This document shows, one piece after another, positions 1 to 10,189 of a DNA stretch of 64,000 nt (its first letter is position 1; each line of letters opens with the position of its first letter). Origin of the DNA: a virus. Where the stretch lies: the IMG/VR virus record IMGVR_UViG_3300008110_000034, positions 96,001-160,000 of that record. One strand, 5' to 3'. The notes under the pieces were generated by a model. The model was not told the origin of the DNA, made no database searches, and saw only the letters and a program-made list of their open reading frames with translations. Made by a program: the position numbers and the translations under genes.

Positions 1-35
1 ACAGATATATTTATTGGAATTTATTATCTGGGTGT

Positions 36-479
36 TTAATTGATAAGCCCGTTATCCTGGTCAAATTTAAATCTTAGGGCTTCGGAAATGTTATAAGGCA
101 AGTAAGTCAGTGAACACTCAATTTGAATACCTGTTTCGTACTGTGTTACAATTATTTGATCTGCTCTAACACGCGGATCATAGTTAATGATAGTTTCAAC
201 ATTTTTTGTTATCAAGTTTTTCACTTGATCAGTTAATGGTTCAAACAATAAATCCCAAATTACAGTACCAAATTCGGGCTGCTCTAATCGTTCACCTTGT
301 CTGATATGGAAATGATTAATGATATCCTGTTTAATCAAGTTAAGATCATAGAGAGTATATGAGTTAGTATCACTAGAAAGTGTACTGAACCCACGATATG
401 TCCGTGCGCCAGGGATAAAGTTAGCCTGCTTAGGAGCAGGTAAAGTTATATTTTCATATAATCTGTTTCCAGTAACCAT
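36..479 (-). CDS. gp25: Baseplate wedge subunit, T4 gp25-like
   Basis: 147 aa with the gp25/GPW signature (IINHFHIRQGERLEQPEFGTVIWDLLFEP...IINYDPRV); last gene of a minus-strand baseplate operon. Confidence 0.85.
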   Translation of the reverse strand: MVTGNRLYENITLPAPKQANFIPGARTYRGFSTLSSDTNSYTLYDLNLIKQDIINHFHIRQGERLEQPEFGTVIWDLLFEPLTDQVKNLITKNVETIINYDPRVRADQIIVTQYETGIQIECSLTYLPYNISEALRFKFDQDNGLIN

Positions 480-486
480 AAACTAT

Positions 487-2064
487 TTAACTCCCTTTTC
501 TAAATGTATCAACAATGCTTAGTTTTTTCCACTGTGGTGCTGCTGATGATAGAGATGTTGATTGTCCTTCGTATCTACCGTCAACATCTCTATCAGTTTT
601 TGTAGGTTTAACTTCAGTAGGATTTAAATTTTCGTGTTGAGGATATGGTTCATGCGTTGGCATTCTTCGCATAATCATGTTTCCTTTACTACCAGTATCA
701 GTAGGCAACAGATGTGTTTTTAATTCTTTAGGAACTTGAGCTTCAACGGCGGCTGTTGCAGATGGTCCGTTCATATGAATTTTGCTTGCTGTTTCAATAT
801 GTTGGCTTCCACTCTTAATATAAGTGTAAGCTCCGGCAGTAAATGCATTATTTTTTGTAGTTTTCCAATCAACATTGCCTTTTGTAGTGTGTTTAAAATT
901 TTCATTAACTGTAGACTCAACGTTCTTTTTAACTAAAATTCGTTGATTCTCATCTACAATTAATACACTATCTTTATTGACATGTGTGTGCATTTCACCT
1001 GCAACCTTAGTATTAAAATTGCGTCCGGCCTGCATATTAATATCACGCTCTGCAAAGAAATTTAAATCCTGTGCAGTATGTACACTTATACTATCTTCAG
1101 CATAGATATCAATTTTTCCATCACTTGATAACTCAATCCAGCTGGTTCCTCTAGCATTACCAATGTAGATTAAATCTTCACTATTATGTAATAGTATTTG
1201 ATGCCCAGTTCGAGTGCGAATTCTAATCAATTCATTATGTGGAATTTTTTTGTCGCCGTCTGTTTCATCTGCTTCTACATTTGCATATTCAGGAGGGCCT
1301 TCACTAGCAGTTTTTTTTCTTAAAAACTTATCGTCGCCATCATCCATGACTAAAGTTGACCCGCCTAATCTACTGACAAATGCTCCTGCAATCTTATGTT
1401 CAAATTTTCCAACTTTGCCTCTTTTTCCGGACTTATCTACTGGTCCGGGGGTTGACACTCCAAATACTGCACTAGGAACTTCTCGGCGGGCACTAGATGT
1501 TGTAAGACCTCTAATATCATCTTCTAATAACCCTTGAGTTTCTAAAACATCTTGCAGATAAGTGTGTACTGGTTTTTTAATTTTAGTTGGATCTTGAACT
1601 GCTTCGTTTATATCTTTGTTATATTCTGCAACCGGCACTGTAGGTTTCTTGCCATCTTTACTATAGCTTGTTGATGCCATTCCTGGCACCATAAAATTCA
1701 TATATCTGTCTTGAACACAGCCTATCCAGAATCCTTTTTTAGGATCACCGTTGGCAAATATAACCATTACTGTAGTTCCTATGTCCGGTGGAATCATCCA
1801 CCAGCCATAACTTTTTTGAGTTTCATCGTAAGTATCGTTGTCAGAATCTTTTCCTAAAAAATCTGCACTAGTGACTCCATAAAAAGGACTTAGATATTTG
1901 ACTTGGAATACCTGTCCTTCCCTTGAATCACTGTTTCCCACAGGATGTAATAGTTCTACTTCTAATGTCCCCATGTACTCTGTATCGAGGTGGCTGACAA
2001 TTTTTGCCAGAAACGGTCCTGGATTTGGTAATGATTCTTGCGATGATCTAGTTAACTCTGGCAT
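487..2064 (-). CDS. Baseplate central spike, gp5/VgrG-like (OB-fold plus beta-helix repeats, no lysozyme domain visible)
   Basis: N-terminal OB-fold motif (YGWWMIPPDIGTTVMVIFANGDPKKGFWIGCV), RTRTGHQILLH, IELSSDGKIDIYA, repetitive beta-strand C-terminus ending IHMNG; lies next to gp25. Confidence 0.8.
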   Translation of the reverse strand: MPELTRSSQESLPNPGPFLAKIVSHLDTEYMGTLEVELLHPVGNSDSREGQVFQVKYLSPFYGVTSADFLGKDSDNDTYDETQKSYGWWMIPPDIGTTVMVIFANGDPKKGFWIGCVQDRYMNFMVPGMASTSYSKDGKKPTVPVAEYNKDINEAVQDPTKIKKPVHTYLQDVLETQGLLEDDIRGLTTSSARREVPSAVFGVSTPGPVDKSGKRGKVGKFEHKIAGAFVSRLGGSTLVMDDGDDKFLRKKTASEGPPEYANVEADETDGDKKIPHNELIRIRTRTGHQILLHNSEDLIYIGNARGTSWIELSSDGKIDIYAEDSISVHTAQDLNFFAERDINMQAGRNFNTKVAGEMHTHVNKDSVLIVDENQRILVKKNVESTVNENFKHTTKGNVDWKTTKNNAFTAGAYTYIKSGSQHIETASKIHMNGPSATAAVEAQVPKELKTHLLPTDTGSKGNMIMRRMPTHEPYPQHENLNPTEVKPTKTDRDVDGRYEGQSTSLSSAAPQWKKLSIVDTFRKGS

Positions 2065-2067
2065 ATT

Positions 2068-4542
2068 TTAAATTGTAAATGGTTGTCTAACTGGCGGTGT
2101 TACAGGTACTACAGTTCCTTTATTATCTACTACATTTTTCTCACCAGTTTGGTTAGTTTTAGTAATAGCAGCAAGAACATTAGCTTGTGTCTGTTCCCAT
2201 GTGGGAGGATTATCCGAAGCAACTGCAAGAGAAGGTGTAGCAGGAGCTTCATCTTTAAGTTCTTGTATCATTCTTCGTGTCATACTTAATTGCTGTACAA
2301 ATTTACCCCTAGAAAAATTACTAACAATAGTTTGAACTTTATAAAGTCCGCTGTACTCTGCTACTAATTTATCCGGACCAAATTCGTAAAATCCGGTATT
2401 TTCATTCAAATCAACTGGTGTTCTAAAATTTAAAACTAAATCTACTTCGCCACTTTGATAATCTATAGTACCGTCTGCATTAATATTAATTAAGCTTGTT
2501 TCTGGTGCAGTATAATTACCCATTCCACTATCACCAAGATAGTACGGATCTCCGATAATTTCCATATCAACAGCAAGCATGTCTGCGCCTTCAGTTAAAA
2601 TATCATGGAACTGTCTGGCGATTCGTGTTTCTACAGTTTCAATTCCGCCACCGCCGGCGTTATCAGTACGAGTACTAATTGCATCGTATCTTCGTTGAGT
2701 GCCCATTGAGTTATCTGGTATCACTGTATTCCCAGTAGAATTTTGTGCTCTTTCTACTGTTTCGTCAACTGCGCCGCTTTCTTGTGTTTGTTTTTTAACA
2801 TCTTGATTAAGAATACCAGAATCAGCAGTATAACTTTGATAAAAGCCTGCGTTAAAGTGCATGTTAAAACTTAAAACATCTAGATTTTTACCGGTAAACA
2901 CATAGTTGTATTCTTTAATTGCTTGTTTTTTAAGTTTATCAATCCCTGGAGGAGGTGTATTAGGTGGCATAAATCTACTCGAGTGTACTAGATACGGCAC
3001 TATCCTATATACTATTATTTTAGGTTTCTCTCCAGTTTGTCCTAAGTTAGCATCAGTTGATTTATTGTAAACTTGTGTTTCAATTCTCCACCAAGGAATC
3101 ATTCCTTCATTAGTAATTTGATTATTACTAGTTGCTTGTCTAGCATAATCGCTTTGTAAAATAACTTGATTGATTACATTGGTTATATTGCTACCCTGTT
3201 TAAATCTAAAATCAGAAGTGTTTACTGGACTTACAACTCCTGCTCGATTATAATATCCGCTTGATTCATTGTATGCAGCATTATCTTTGGCAAATTCTTT
3301 ATCAGCTGCTCGAGAACTATCAAATGCCATCTGAGCTGATCCAATTTTGTTTACTGAGGATTGAGTGTAATATGCAGAATCCCCTCCCTTGCTAATTCCT
3401 AATTTGTTTTCAATAGTAGTTGCAGCACCTACTTGATTAGGATTCGTTGTAGCAGAGGTTGTTGATGTTGTTGATACGTTGCCTGTTGTTTTTAAATCTG
3501 TAGGAAATAAAATTACAACTTCATCAGGAACAGAAACCTGAGCTTGTGTGTCTTTATTTGCAGTTTCTCTAATTCTATCATTTATTTGTTTTTGAAGACT
3601 CTTTGGTCCTGATTGCAACATTTCTTGTACTGTTGCTCCAGCAATGTTAACTTCTGTCAGTAGCATTGAGTAAGAATCTGCGAACCCTTGTTCGTTCCAT
3701 GGGTATGCTTCAACTGCATATGTTGCACCTTTAGCATCAACTGCCATCTCAACTTCTCTTAATTTTAAAGGAATATATCGAGTAGTTCCTGGTATATTAA
3801 CTGATGTATTATCGCTGTCTACATGCCCTGCAAATTCAATTTTAAGTAAAAAAGGTGCTGTAAGATAATTTTGATGTCCGGCATTTTTAGCTGCAATTTG
3901 GATAGCCTGCATAAACAATCCCATGCTATAAGTTTCTGTAATTTGAAAACTTAATCCAGTAGCATTTGTATTTCCTGTAGTTTTATCAAACCCCATTGCG
4001 CCTTCGATACGCAAATTATCCATAAAGAAATCAAATTTTCCCGAAGGGTTATTCTGTGTTGTTATAGCTGTAGGGATTCTGTTATCCGGAAGTCCGCTAC
4101 CGCTTCTAAGGACGATAGTGTTTGGACGAAATATTCCTTTTCGATATGTTTCATCAGGAAAATTAATTTCTTCATCAGTCAATACCGACAGGGTAAAAAT
4201 GTAGTTTACTGTAGAGTAAACACCTAAAATGTTAGGAAACGGTGGCGTTTCATTTATAGGGACTATAGTTTTTTCTGCTGCGCTGTATTCTGATAACTTT
4301 CCAACATCTGCTAACTCTGAAATTTTAACATTAGGTAAGGAAGGAATCCCTGGTAAATTATTAGCTGCTATCTGCTTTAATGCATTGCCGCCGGCTGATA
4401 CTAGATCTTTAACATTTCCAGAAACTGACAGATTCTTTGCTAGTCCTGTATTGCCTACTGTAGTATTACTGCCAGTTGATGCTGTAGTTGCACCTGGGTA
4501 ATTAGGGCTTGTATAGCCTGGAGGGAAAAAACCTGGTGGCAT
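2068..4542 (-). CDS. Baseplate hub protein (gp27/gp44-like)
   Basis: 824 aa; C-terminal MEIIGDPYY...SGLYKVQTIVSNFSRGKFVQQLSMTR is typical of contractile-tail hub proteins; between the gp53-like and gp5-like genes. Confidence 0.6.
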   Translation of the reverse strand: MPPGFFPPGYTSPNYPGATTASTGSNTTVGNTGLAKNLSVSGNVKDLVSAGGNALKQIAANNLPGIPSLPNVKISELADVGKLSEYSAAEKTIVPINETPPFPNILGVYSTVNYIFTLSVLTDEEINFPDETYRKGIFRPNTIVLRSGSGLPDNRIPTAITTQNNPSGKFDFFMDNLRIEGAMGFDKTTGNTNATGLSFQITETYSMGLFMQAIQIAAKNAGHQNYLTAPFLLKIEFAGHVDSDNTSVNIPGTTRYIPLKLREVEMAVDAKGATYAVEAYPWNEQGFADSYSMLLTEVNIAGATVQEMLQSGPKSLQKQINDRIRETANKDTQAQVSVPDEVVILFPTDLKTTGNVSTTSTTSATTNPNQVGAATTIENKLGISKGGDSAYYTQSSVNKIGSAQMAFDSSRAADKEFAKDNAAYNESSGYYNRAGVVSPVNTSDFRFKQGSNITNVINQVILQSDYARQATSNNQITNEGMIPWWRIETQVYNKSTDANLGQTGEKPKIIVYRIVPYLVHSSRFMPPNTPPPGIDKLKKQAIKEYNYVFTGKNLDVLSFNMHFNAGFYQSYTADSGILNQDVKKQTQESGAVDETVERAQNSTGNTVIPDNSMGTQRRYDAISTRTDNAGGGGIETVETRIARQFHDILTEGADMLAVDMEIIGDPYYLGDSGMGNYTAPETSLININADGTIDYQSGEVDLVLNFRTPVDLNENTGFYEFGPDKLVAEYSGLYKVQTIVSNFSRGKFVQQLSMTRRMIQELKDEAPATPSLAVASDNPPTWEQTQANVLAAITKTNQTGEKNVVDNKGTVVPVTPPVRQPFTI

Positions 4543-4543
4543 A

Positions 4544-4843
4544 TTATACTCCTAACACTGCTTTTAAACTTGACCCTTTAGGTATATAAATTTGTTTTCC
4601 TGGAGTAAAATCAAATATAGGGTCTTGTAAAATATCTAAATTTCTTTGTATAAAGACCCACCACAATCTTGGAGTGCCGTATAGGTCATAAGCTAATAAA
4701 TCTGGTCGGTGTGTATATTGACTTTCAATGGTATAAAGAAAGTCATCGGGTTCGGCACTTACTGGACGTATTGCTAGTAAATCTAAATAACCATTAGTAA
4801 ACGATGTAGTAAACCAAGGACTGGTAGTAGAATATTTGGCCAT
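4544..4843 (-). CDS. Baseplate wedge / LysM-like protein (gp53-like)
   Basis: RPDLLAYDLYGTPRLWWVFIQRN...GKQIYIP motif of gp53/tail-X LysM-like proteins. Confidence 0.75.
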   Translation of the reverse strand: MAKYSTTSPWFTTSFTNGYLDLLAIRPVSAEPDDFLYTIESQYTHRPDLLAYDLYGTPRLWWVFIQRNLDILQDPIFDFTPGKQIYIPKGSSLKAVLGV

Positions 4844-5793
4844 TATACGAATCCTACAGGGTTATTAACATATTCACCGTTAACAAATTTTTGTAAACTA
4901 AATTGTCTAACAGTTTCTCTACTGTAAACAGGTTGTAGAGTTATTGTTATCTCACTCTTAGTAGGAACATGTGTTGTTCCCATCGGAGGACCTTGATTAG
5001 TTAAAGAAGAACTAGAAGGAAGAGGTGGTGCTCCAAAGGCTCCGCCAACTATATTATTTTGTAGTCCAGGAATTGACAACGAAGGTCTTGAGCTTGTTTG
5101 GGAGCCCGGGGCTCCTACTTTTGTAGTAATGTAGTTAACATCGGCAGGTAATCCTATTTGAAAACTTTTTACCACCACAGGAATATTCTTAAATACGTAA
5201 TCTCCATAGCCATTAAGCTTTAAAATTACAGGAGGATTACCAGCATTTTCACTCTGTCCTGAAAACATTTTTGTAGCACTCCGTAAAAAATGTACCACAG
5301 CAAGCCAATACGCTGCCTGTACGCCATCTTCGGAATAGAATGTACCTTGAATAGATATCTGATCAACCTTTGAATTTTCATATGCAAAAAATCCAAAGTT
5401 TTGATGCACTGGAGATTGATCGCCGTAACTGGCAGCACCGGACATTGTTATACTAGGAGTATAAGGAAAAATTAGCCCGCCAGCATCAATTAACGGTTTC
5501 AGTACCGGACTTTTATCAAAAAATGTACCTGGCGGTAGGCTAAGACGAACACGCCAGTCTTGTCCATCACTAAAGCTAGCACTTGCTCCGCCAAACGATC
5601 CTAGGATATTTCCACCTGGTGGTAATCCTATACTTCGAAGACTTGATAGTAGCTTTTGTGGATCGGATATGTTGTTAAGTGCTGCGCCTAAGTTAGCAGC
5701 TAGTCCGAGTCCAGCAGAAATACCGGACCCAATAGTTCTTGCAGTTGTACCGGCAGTTCTTGCAATTGATGCCGGATCAAAATTTGTTGGCAT
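4843..5793 (-). CDS. Baseplate/tail-tube initiator protein (gp48/gp54-like)
   Basis: LIFPYTPSI, PPVILKLNGYGDYVFKNIPVVVKSF and VPTKSEITITLQPVYSR tube-fold motifs. Start moved to ATG 5793 (MPTNFDP), downstream of the minus-strand TAAATA at 5814-5819. Confidence 0.6.
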   Translation of the reverse strand: MPTNFDPASIARTAGTTARTIGSGISAGLGLAANLGAALNNISDPQKLLSSLRSIGLPPGGNILGSFGGASASFSDGQDWRVRLSLPPGTFFDKSPVLKPLIDAGGLIFPYTPSITMSGAASYGDQSPVHQNFGFFAYENSKVDQISIQGTFYSEDGVQAAYWLAVVHFLRSATKMFSGQSENAGNPPVILKLNGYGDYVFKNIPVVVKSFQIGLPADVNYITTKVGAPGSQTSSRPSLSIPGLQNNIVGGAFGAPPLPSSSSLTNQGPPMGTTHVPTKSEITITLQPVYSRETVRQFSLQKFVNGEYVNNPVGFV

Positions 5794-5813
5794 TCGACGT
5801 TCTCCTTGTCCAT

Positions 5814-5819
5814 TATTTA
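5814..5819 (-). promoter_or_regulatory. T4-type late promoter (TAAATA) for the baseplate operon
   Basis: TATTTA on the + strand about 20 nt upstream of ATG 5793; the same hexamer precedes most structural genes. Confidence 0.6.
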
Positions 5820-5848
5820 TTGACAAAATTAAGTGCATAGTTTATAAT
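5820..5848 (+). promoter_or_regulatory. Consensus sigma70 promoter for the gp55-gp47-gp46 operon
   Basis: TTGACA (5820-5825), 17 bp spacer, TATAAT (5843-5848); 20 nt upstream of ATG 5869. Confidence 0.85.
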
Positions 5849-5868
5849 TTTACAACAAAGGATTCATA

Positions 5869-6696
5869 ATGACCGTAAAAATCAATTATCTTAACAATAA
5901 AGACTTATTAGACGAAATACACAAATCAAAAAATACATATTCCAGCTATTCTAAACCAGAATATCACAGATATGATATAATTTTACCGCATGTTGACAAA
6001 ATTAATATTCGAACAATCGCAGAAGCTAAACGTAACCAAGCGAAAAGACTTGGTCAAATAGAATATGAACGACGTAAAGCTGCCAAGGAAAAAGTAAAAC
6101 AAGCCGACTGCGAAGTTGATTACAAAAAAATTCTGAAAACTGATTTGGTTTTTAGAATCATGACTTACGATCATATTCCATTAAACGCCACTAGAAAAAA
6201 GAATCCTAAAACAACTGCTGATGGCAGGGACAAAGTAAACTTTCCTCCATTCCAACACTGGAAATTTGACGAAAACGACATACTAGTGTGTGTAGGAAAA
6301 AGCCACTGGAAGGGCGATCTAGAAAAAGGAAAGTTCAGTAAGGATCATGGACAAATAACAAATACCCTAGCCCGAATGTATATTAAACTTTGCGAACGTT
6401 ACGCCACACGAGGTAATGTTAGAGGTTATACATACAACGATGAAATGCGCGGACAGGCTATTTTACAACTAACACAGATAGGACTACAATTCGATGAGTC
6501 AAAGTCAGATAATCCTTTTGCTTATTTCACTGCTGCTGTTACTAATAGCTTCGTTCGAATAATCAATATTGAAAAAAGAAATCAAAGTATTAGAGACGAC
6601 ATACTGGAAATAAACGGAATGAATCCTAGTTATACTAGAACGGGGCAGGCAGAGTATGCTGCTGCTTCAAAGCGAAACGAGGGGTACGATGACTAA
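5869..6696 (+). CDS. gp55: Late-transcription sigma factor, T4 gp55-like
   Basis: N-terminal YLNNKDLLDEI and C-terminal RGYTYNDEMRGQAILQL...FDESKSDNPFAYFTAAVTNSFVRIINIEKR; sits directly upstream of gp47/gp46 as in T4-like phages. Confidence 0.8.
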   Translation: MTVKINYLNNKDLLDEIHKSKNTYSSYSKPEYHRYDIILPHVDKINIRTIAEAKRNQAKRLGQIEYERRKAAKEKVKQADCEVDYKKILKTDLVFRIMTYDHIPLNATRKKNPKTTADGRDKVNFPPFQHWKFDENDILVCVGKSHWKGDLEKGKFSKDHGQITNTLARMYIKLCERYATRGNVRGYTYNDEMRGQAILQLTQIGLQFDESKSDNPFAYFTAAVTNSFVRIINIEKRNQSIRDDILEINGMNPSYTRTGQAEYAAASKRNEGYDD

Positions 6697-7702
6697 CCTG
6701 TTTAAGAAAGCAGCGTGTTTCACTGACATACATTTTGGGTTAAAATCAAATAGCAGCATACACAATCAAGACTGCGAAGATTTTGTAGACTGGTATATTA
6801 CTAAAGCAAAGGAGGAAGGCTGTGATACTGGAATTTTTCTCGGCGATTGGCATCATAATCGCAACAGTCTTAATATCACTACGATGGATTATAGCCTTAG
6901 AGCCCTTGAAAAACTGGGCCAAGCTTTTGATCAATTTTATTTTTTTCCTGGTAATCACGATCTTTATTACAAAGATAAACGGGATATACATAGTGTAGAA
7001 TTTGGAAAGTACATTCCTGGTATTACAGTTGTACACAAACCAGTAACCATAGGTGATGTAACAATGTGTCCGTGGTTAGTAGGCGATGAATGGAAAACTA
7101 TTGGCAAGTCAGGGGGCAAATACATCTTTGGCCACTTTGAATTGCCGACGTTTTTTATGAATGCCATGGTGCAGATGCCGGACCACGGAGACATTAAATT
7201 AAGCGATTTTCAAAACTATGAATTAGGATTCAGCGGACATTTTCATAAACGTCAGCAACAAAAGAATATGATTTATATTGGCAATGCATTCCCGCACAAT
7301 TACGCAGATAACTGGGACGACGATCGTGGAATGATGGTACTTGAATGGGGTAAGCAACCTGAATACCATACATGGCCAGGGCAACCTACATTTAGAACTA
7401 CTAAGCTTAGTGACTTGATTGATCGTGCAGAAGATATTATACTACCTAAAGCACATCTTCGTGTTAGCTTAGACATTGACATCAGCTACGAAGAAGCTAG
7501 TTTTATTAAAGAAAAATTTATGGGCGATTATGACATTAGAGAACTTACTCTAATTCCCGAAAAGAAAGAAATTGAAATCAATACCAATATTGATATTCGA
7601 GCATTTGAATCAGTAGATCAAATAGTGTCCAGTCAACTAGTAAACATAGAAAGCGAGACATATGATTCAAAAGTTTTACTATCAATCTACAATAATCTAT
7701 GA
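6689..7702 (+). CDS. gp47: Recombination endonuclease subunit (Mre11/SbcD-like)
   Basis: Metallophosphoesterase motifs DIHFG, GDWHH, GNHD, GHFE, SGHFH. Start taken at ATG 6689, overlapping the gp55 stop. Confidence 0.92.
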   Translation: MTNLFKKAACFTDIHFGLKSNSSIHNQDCEDFVDWYITKAKEEGCDTGIFLGDWHHNRNSLNITTMDYSLRALEKLGQAFDQFYFFPGNHDLYYKDKRDIHSVEFGKYIPGITVVHKPVTIGDVTMCPWLVGDEWKTIGKSGGKYIFGHFELPTFFMNAMVQMPDHGDIKLSDFQNYELGFSGHFHKRQQQKNMIYIGNAFPHNYADNWDDDRGMMVLEWGKQPEYHTWPGQPTFRTTKLSDLIDRAEDIILPKAHLRVSLDIDISYEEASFIKEKFMGDYDIRELTLIPEKKEIEINTNIDIRAFESVDQIVSSQLVNIESETYDSKVLLSIYNNL

Positions 7703-9480
7703 TTAAAATAAAAAATCTAACTGTTAAAAATTTTATGAGTGTGGGTAATCAAACCCAAGCTGTAGATTTTGAACGAGAGCAATTAACACTTGTACTAGGC
7801 GAAAATCTAGACATGGGCGGCGACGATGGTGGCAGTCGCAACGGAACTGGTAAAACTACTATTGTCAACGCCTTAAGCTATGCATTATTTGGTCAAGCAT
7901 TGACAAATATTAAAAAAGACAATCTAATTAATAAAATTAACAATAAGAATATGTTAGTTACCCTGTCTTTTGAAAAAGATGGAATAGATTATAGGATTGA
8001 ACGAGGACGTAAACCTAATATCTTAAAGTTTTATATCAACGATGTAGAACAAGAAGGCGATGAAACCGACGACGCTCAAGGAGATATGCGCGAAACGCAA
8101 AAAGATTTAGACGATCTTTTAGGTATGAGTCACGATATGTTTAAACATATTGTAGCTCTTAATACCTACACTGAGCCGTTTTTAAGTATGCGAGCTAATG
8201 ATCAGAGATCAATTATTGAGCAACTATTAGGTATAACTCTTCTAAGTGAAAAAGCAGAGTCGCTAAAAGAGCAGATACGAGAAACTAAAGAACAAGTGCA
8301 GCAAGAAAACGCAAACATTGAAGCTGCAAAAAAGTCAAACGAAAAAATTGAACAAAGCATTGCTGGGTTAGAGACTAGAAAGTCAGCTTGGCATAATCAA
8401 AGAGAGATTGATTGTCTTAAACTAGCTGAAAAAATTGTTGAACTACAGTCAGTTGATATAGAAAAAGAACTAGAGCAACATGCAAAATTAAAAAGTTATG
8501 ACGAACTGGCAGCAAAAATAAAAAGTTTAAACAAAGAAAAGGCTACGCTAGAAACTGCAATTATACAGGCAGATAAGACTGTTAAAAAATATGAAAAAGA
8601 AGTAGAAAAACTTAAAGATCATAAATGTCCATCATGCGAACAAATGCTGCAAGATCACAAGCATGACGAAATGAAAATTTTAGCAGAAAAAAATCTAGAA
8701 GATGCGTGTACTTACTTAGAAAGTGTATCTAACAATTATGCACAGACTGTAAAAGAACTTGAAGAGATAGGTGATATTAACGGCAGACCTTCAACTTTTT
8801 ACGATACTATTGAAGAAGCACTTAAACATCAAAACAATCTTGAAAGTTTAATAGAATCTTTAGGTAAAAGACAACAGGAGACTGATCCCTATACTGAACA
8901 AATTGAAGATTTAAAAAATACTGCCTTACAAGAAATTACTTGGGATCAAATAAACGTCTTGAATAATCTTAAAGAGCACCAAGAGTTTCTGTTAAAATTA
9001 CTGACTAACAAAGATTCTTTTATTCGTAAAAAAATTATAGATCAGAATTTAGCTTATCTAAACAACAGGTTGTCGTTCTACTTAGACAAAATGGGCTTAC
9101 CGCATCAAGTAACATTCTTAAATGACTTAAATGTAGAAATTACACAACTAGGTCAAGATTTAGATTTTGATAATTTAAGTAGAGGCGAACGAAATAGACT
9201 TATACTAGGCCTAAGTTGGAGCTTCCGAGATGTATGGGAAAGCTTATATCAGAATATTAATCTGTTATTTGTTGATGAACTTATTGACAACGGTCTAGAT
9301 GCAATAGGTGTTGAAAATGCTCTTGGCGTCTTAAAGAAGATGGCTAGGGAACGTAATAAAAACATCTATCTAATCAGTCATAAGGATGAGTTAGTAGGGC
9401 GTGTAAACAATGTTTTAAAAGTTATTAAAGAAAACGGGTTCACATCTTATTCTTCAGATTTAGAGATTTTAAATGACTAG
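7699..9480 (+). CDS. gp46: Recombination ATPase subunit (Rad50/SbcC-like)
   Basis: Walker A NGTGKTT, coiled coil with zinc hook CPSC, signature LSRGE, Walker B LFVDE, H-loop ISH. Confidence 0.93.
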   Translation: MIKIKNLTVKNFMSVGNQTQAVDFEREQLTLVLGENLDMGGDDGGSRNGTGKTTIVNALSYALFGQALTNIKKDNLINKINNKNMLVTLSFEKDGIDYRIERGRKPNILKFYINDVEQEGDETDDAQGDMRETQKDLDDLLGMSHDMFKHIVALNTYTEPFLSMRANDQRSIIEQLLGITLLSEKAESLKEQIRETKEQVQQENANIEAAKKSNEKIEQSIAGLETRKSAWHNQREIDCLKLAEKIVELQSVDIEKELEQHAKLKSYDELAAKIKSLNKEKATLETAIIQADKTVKKYEKEVEKLKDHKCPSCEQMLQDHKHDEMKILAEKNLEDACTYLESVSNNYAQTVKELEEIGDINGRPSTFYDTIEEALKHQNNLESLIESLGKRQQETDPYTEQIEDLKNTALQEITWDQINVLNNLKEHQEFLLKLLTNKDSFIRKKIIDQNLAYLNNRLSFYLDKMGLPHQVTFLNDLNVEITQLGQDLDFDNLSRGERNRLILGLSWSFRDVWESLYQNINLLFVDELIDNGLDAIGVENALGVLKKMARERNKNIYLISHKDELVGRVNNVLKVIKENGFTSYSSDLEILND

Positions 9481-9718
9481 TGATATTCACGAACAAATAA
9501 TTAGAACCTTTATAAAATATTTTGAGGCGAATCAGCGTTGGGAAACTAAACAGACGCATACTTCAGGCATTGAAGCTAGGGCACTGCTATCTGAAATTAG
9601 AAGATTAGCTACAATTAGACGAGTAGAAATAGGCGAAGTAAGAAAAAACAAACCAAAAATTAAATCACCAAAATACAAACAATCACTTTTACAGGACAAA
9701 CAAGACGACGAGGCATAA
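9473..9718 (+). CDS. Small basic protein, possibly histone H1-like (Hc1-type) DNA-binding protein
   Basis: 81 aa; WETKQTHTSGIEARALLSEIRRLATIRRVEI resembles, by eye only, the F..KGNKAAGTRARKAL.E..KL.K.RR.EI pattern of Hc1-like proteins. Confidence 0.35.
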   Translation: MTSDIHEQIIRTFIKYFEANQRWETKQTHTSGIEARALLSEIRRLATIRRVEIGEVRKNKPKIKSPKYKQSLLQDKQDDEA

Positions 9719-9723
9719 ACAAG

Positions 9724-10188
9724 TTGATGTCATGGTATTATCAAAATCAACTTGTTACAGAATTGCCTGAAGACTGTGTGGGATTCGTGTATCTTATCAC
9801 TAATACAGCTACAGGCAGAAAATATATAGGCAAAAAACTGGCAAAATTCAGTAAAACTAGCTATAAAACAGTAACACTTAAAAACGGTACTAAAAAAAAG
9901 AAACGCATTAAGTCAAAAATAGACTCCGATTGGCAAAAATACTATGGCTCAAACGACAGGCTCAATCAAGATGTTACAACATTAGGTCCTGATCGCTTTC
10001 TCAGAGAAATTCTCTTTTACTGTAAAAGCAAGTCAGAATGTAGTTATATTGAAGCAAGAGAACAATTTGATCGTAGAGTTCTCGAAACTGACGACTACTA
10101 TAATGGCATAATCAATGTACGTGTAGGCAGTTCACCATCGCTTAGACAGGCTCTTCTAGAACACAATTTAAAATCATCTAACACTTAA
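9724..10188 (+). CDS. Minimal GIY-YIG endonuclease
   Basis: GFVYLITN...KYIGKK, YYGS, conserved Glu (YIEAREQ) and YYN; 154 aa with no recognisable C-terminal DNA-binding domain. Confidence 0.85.
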   Translation: MMSWYYQNQLVTELPEDCVGFVYLITNTATGRKYIGKKLAKFSKTSYKTVTLKNGTKKKKRIKSKIDSDWQKYYGSNDRLNQDVTTLGPDRFLREILFYCKSKSECSYIEAREQFDRRVLETDDYYNGIINVRVGSSPSLRQALLEHNLKSSNT

Positions 10189-10189
10189 G

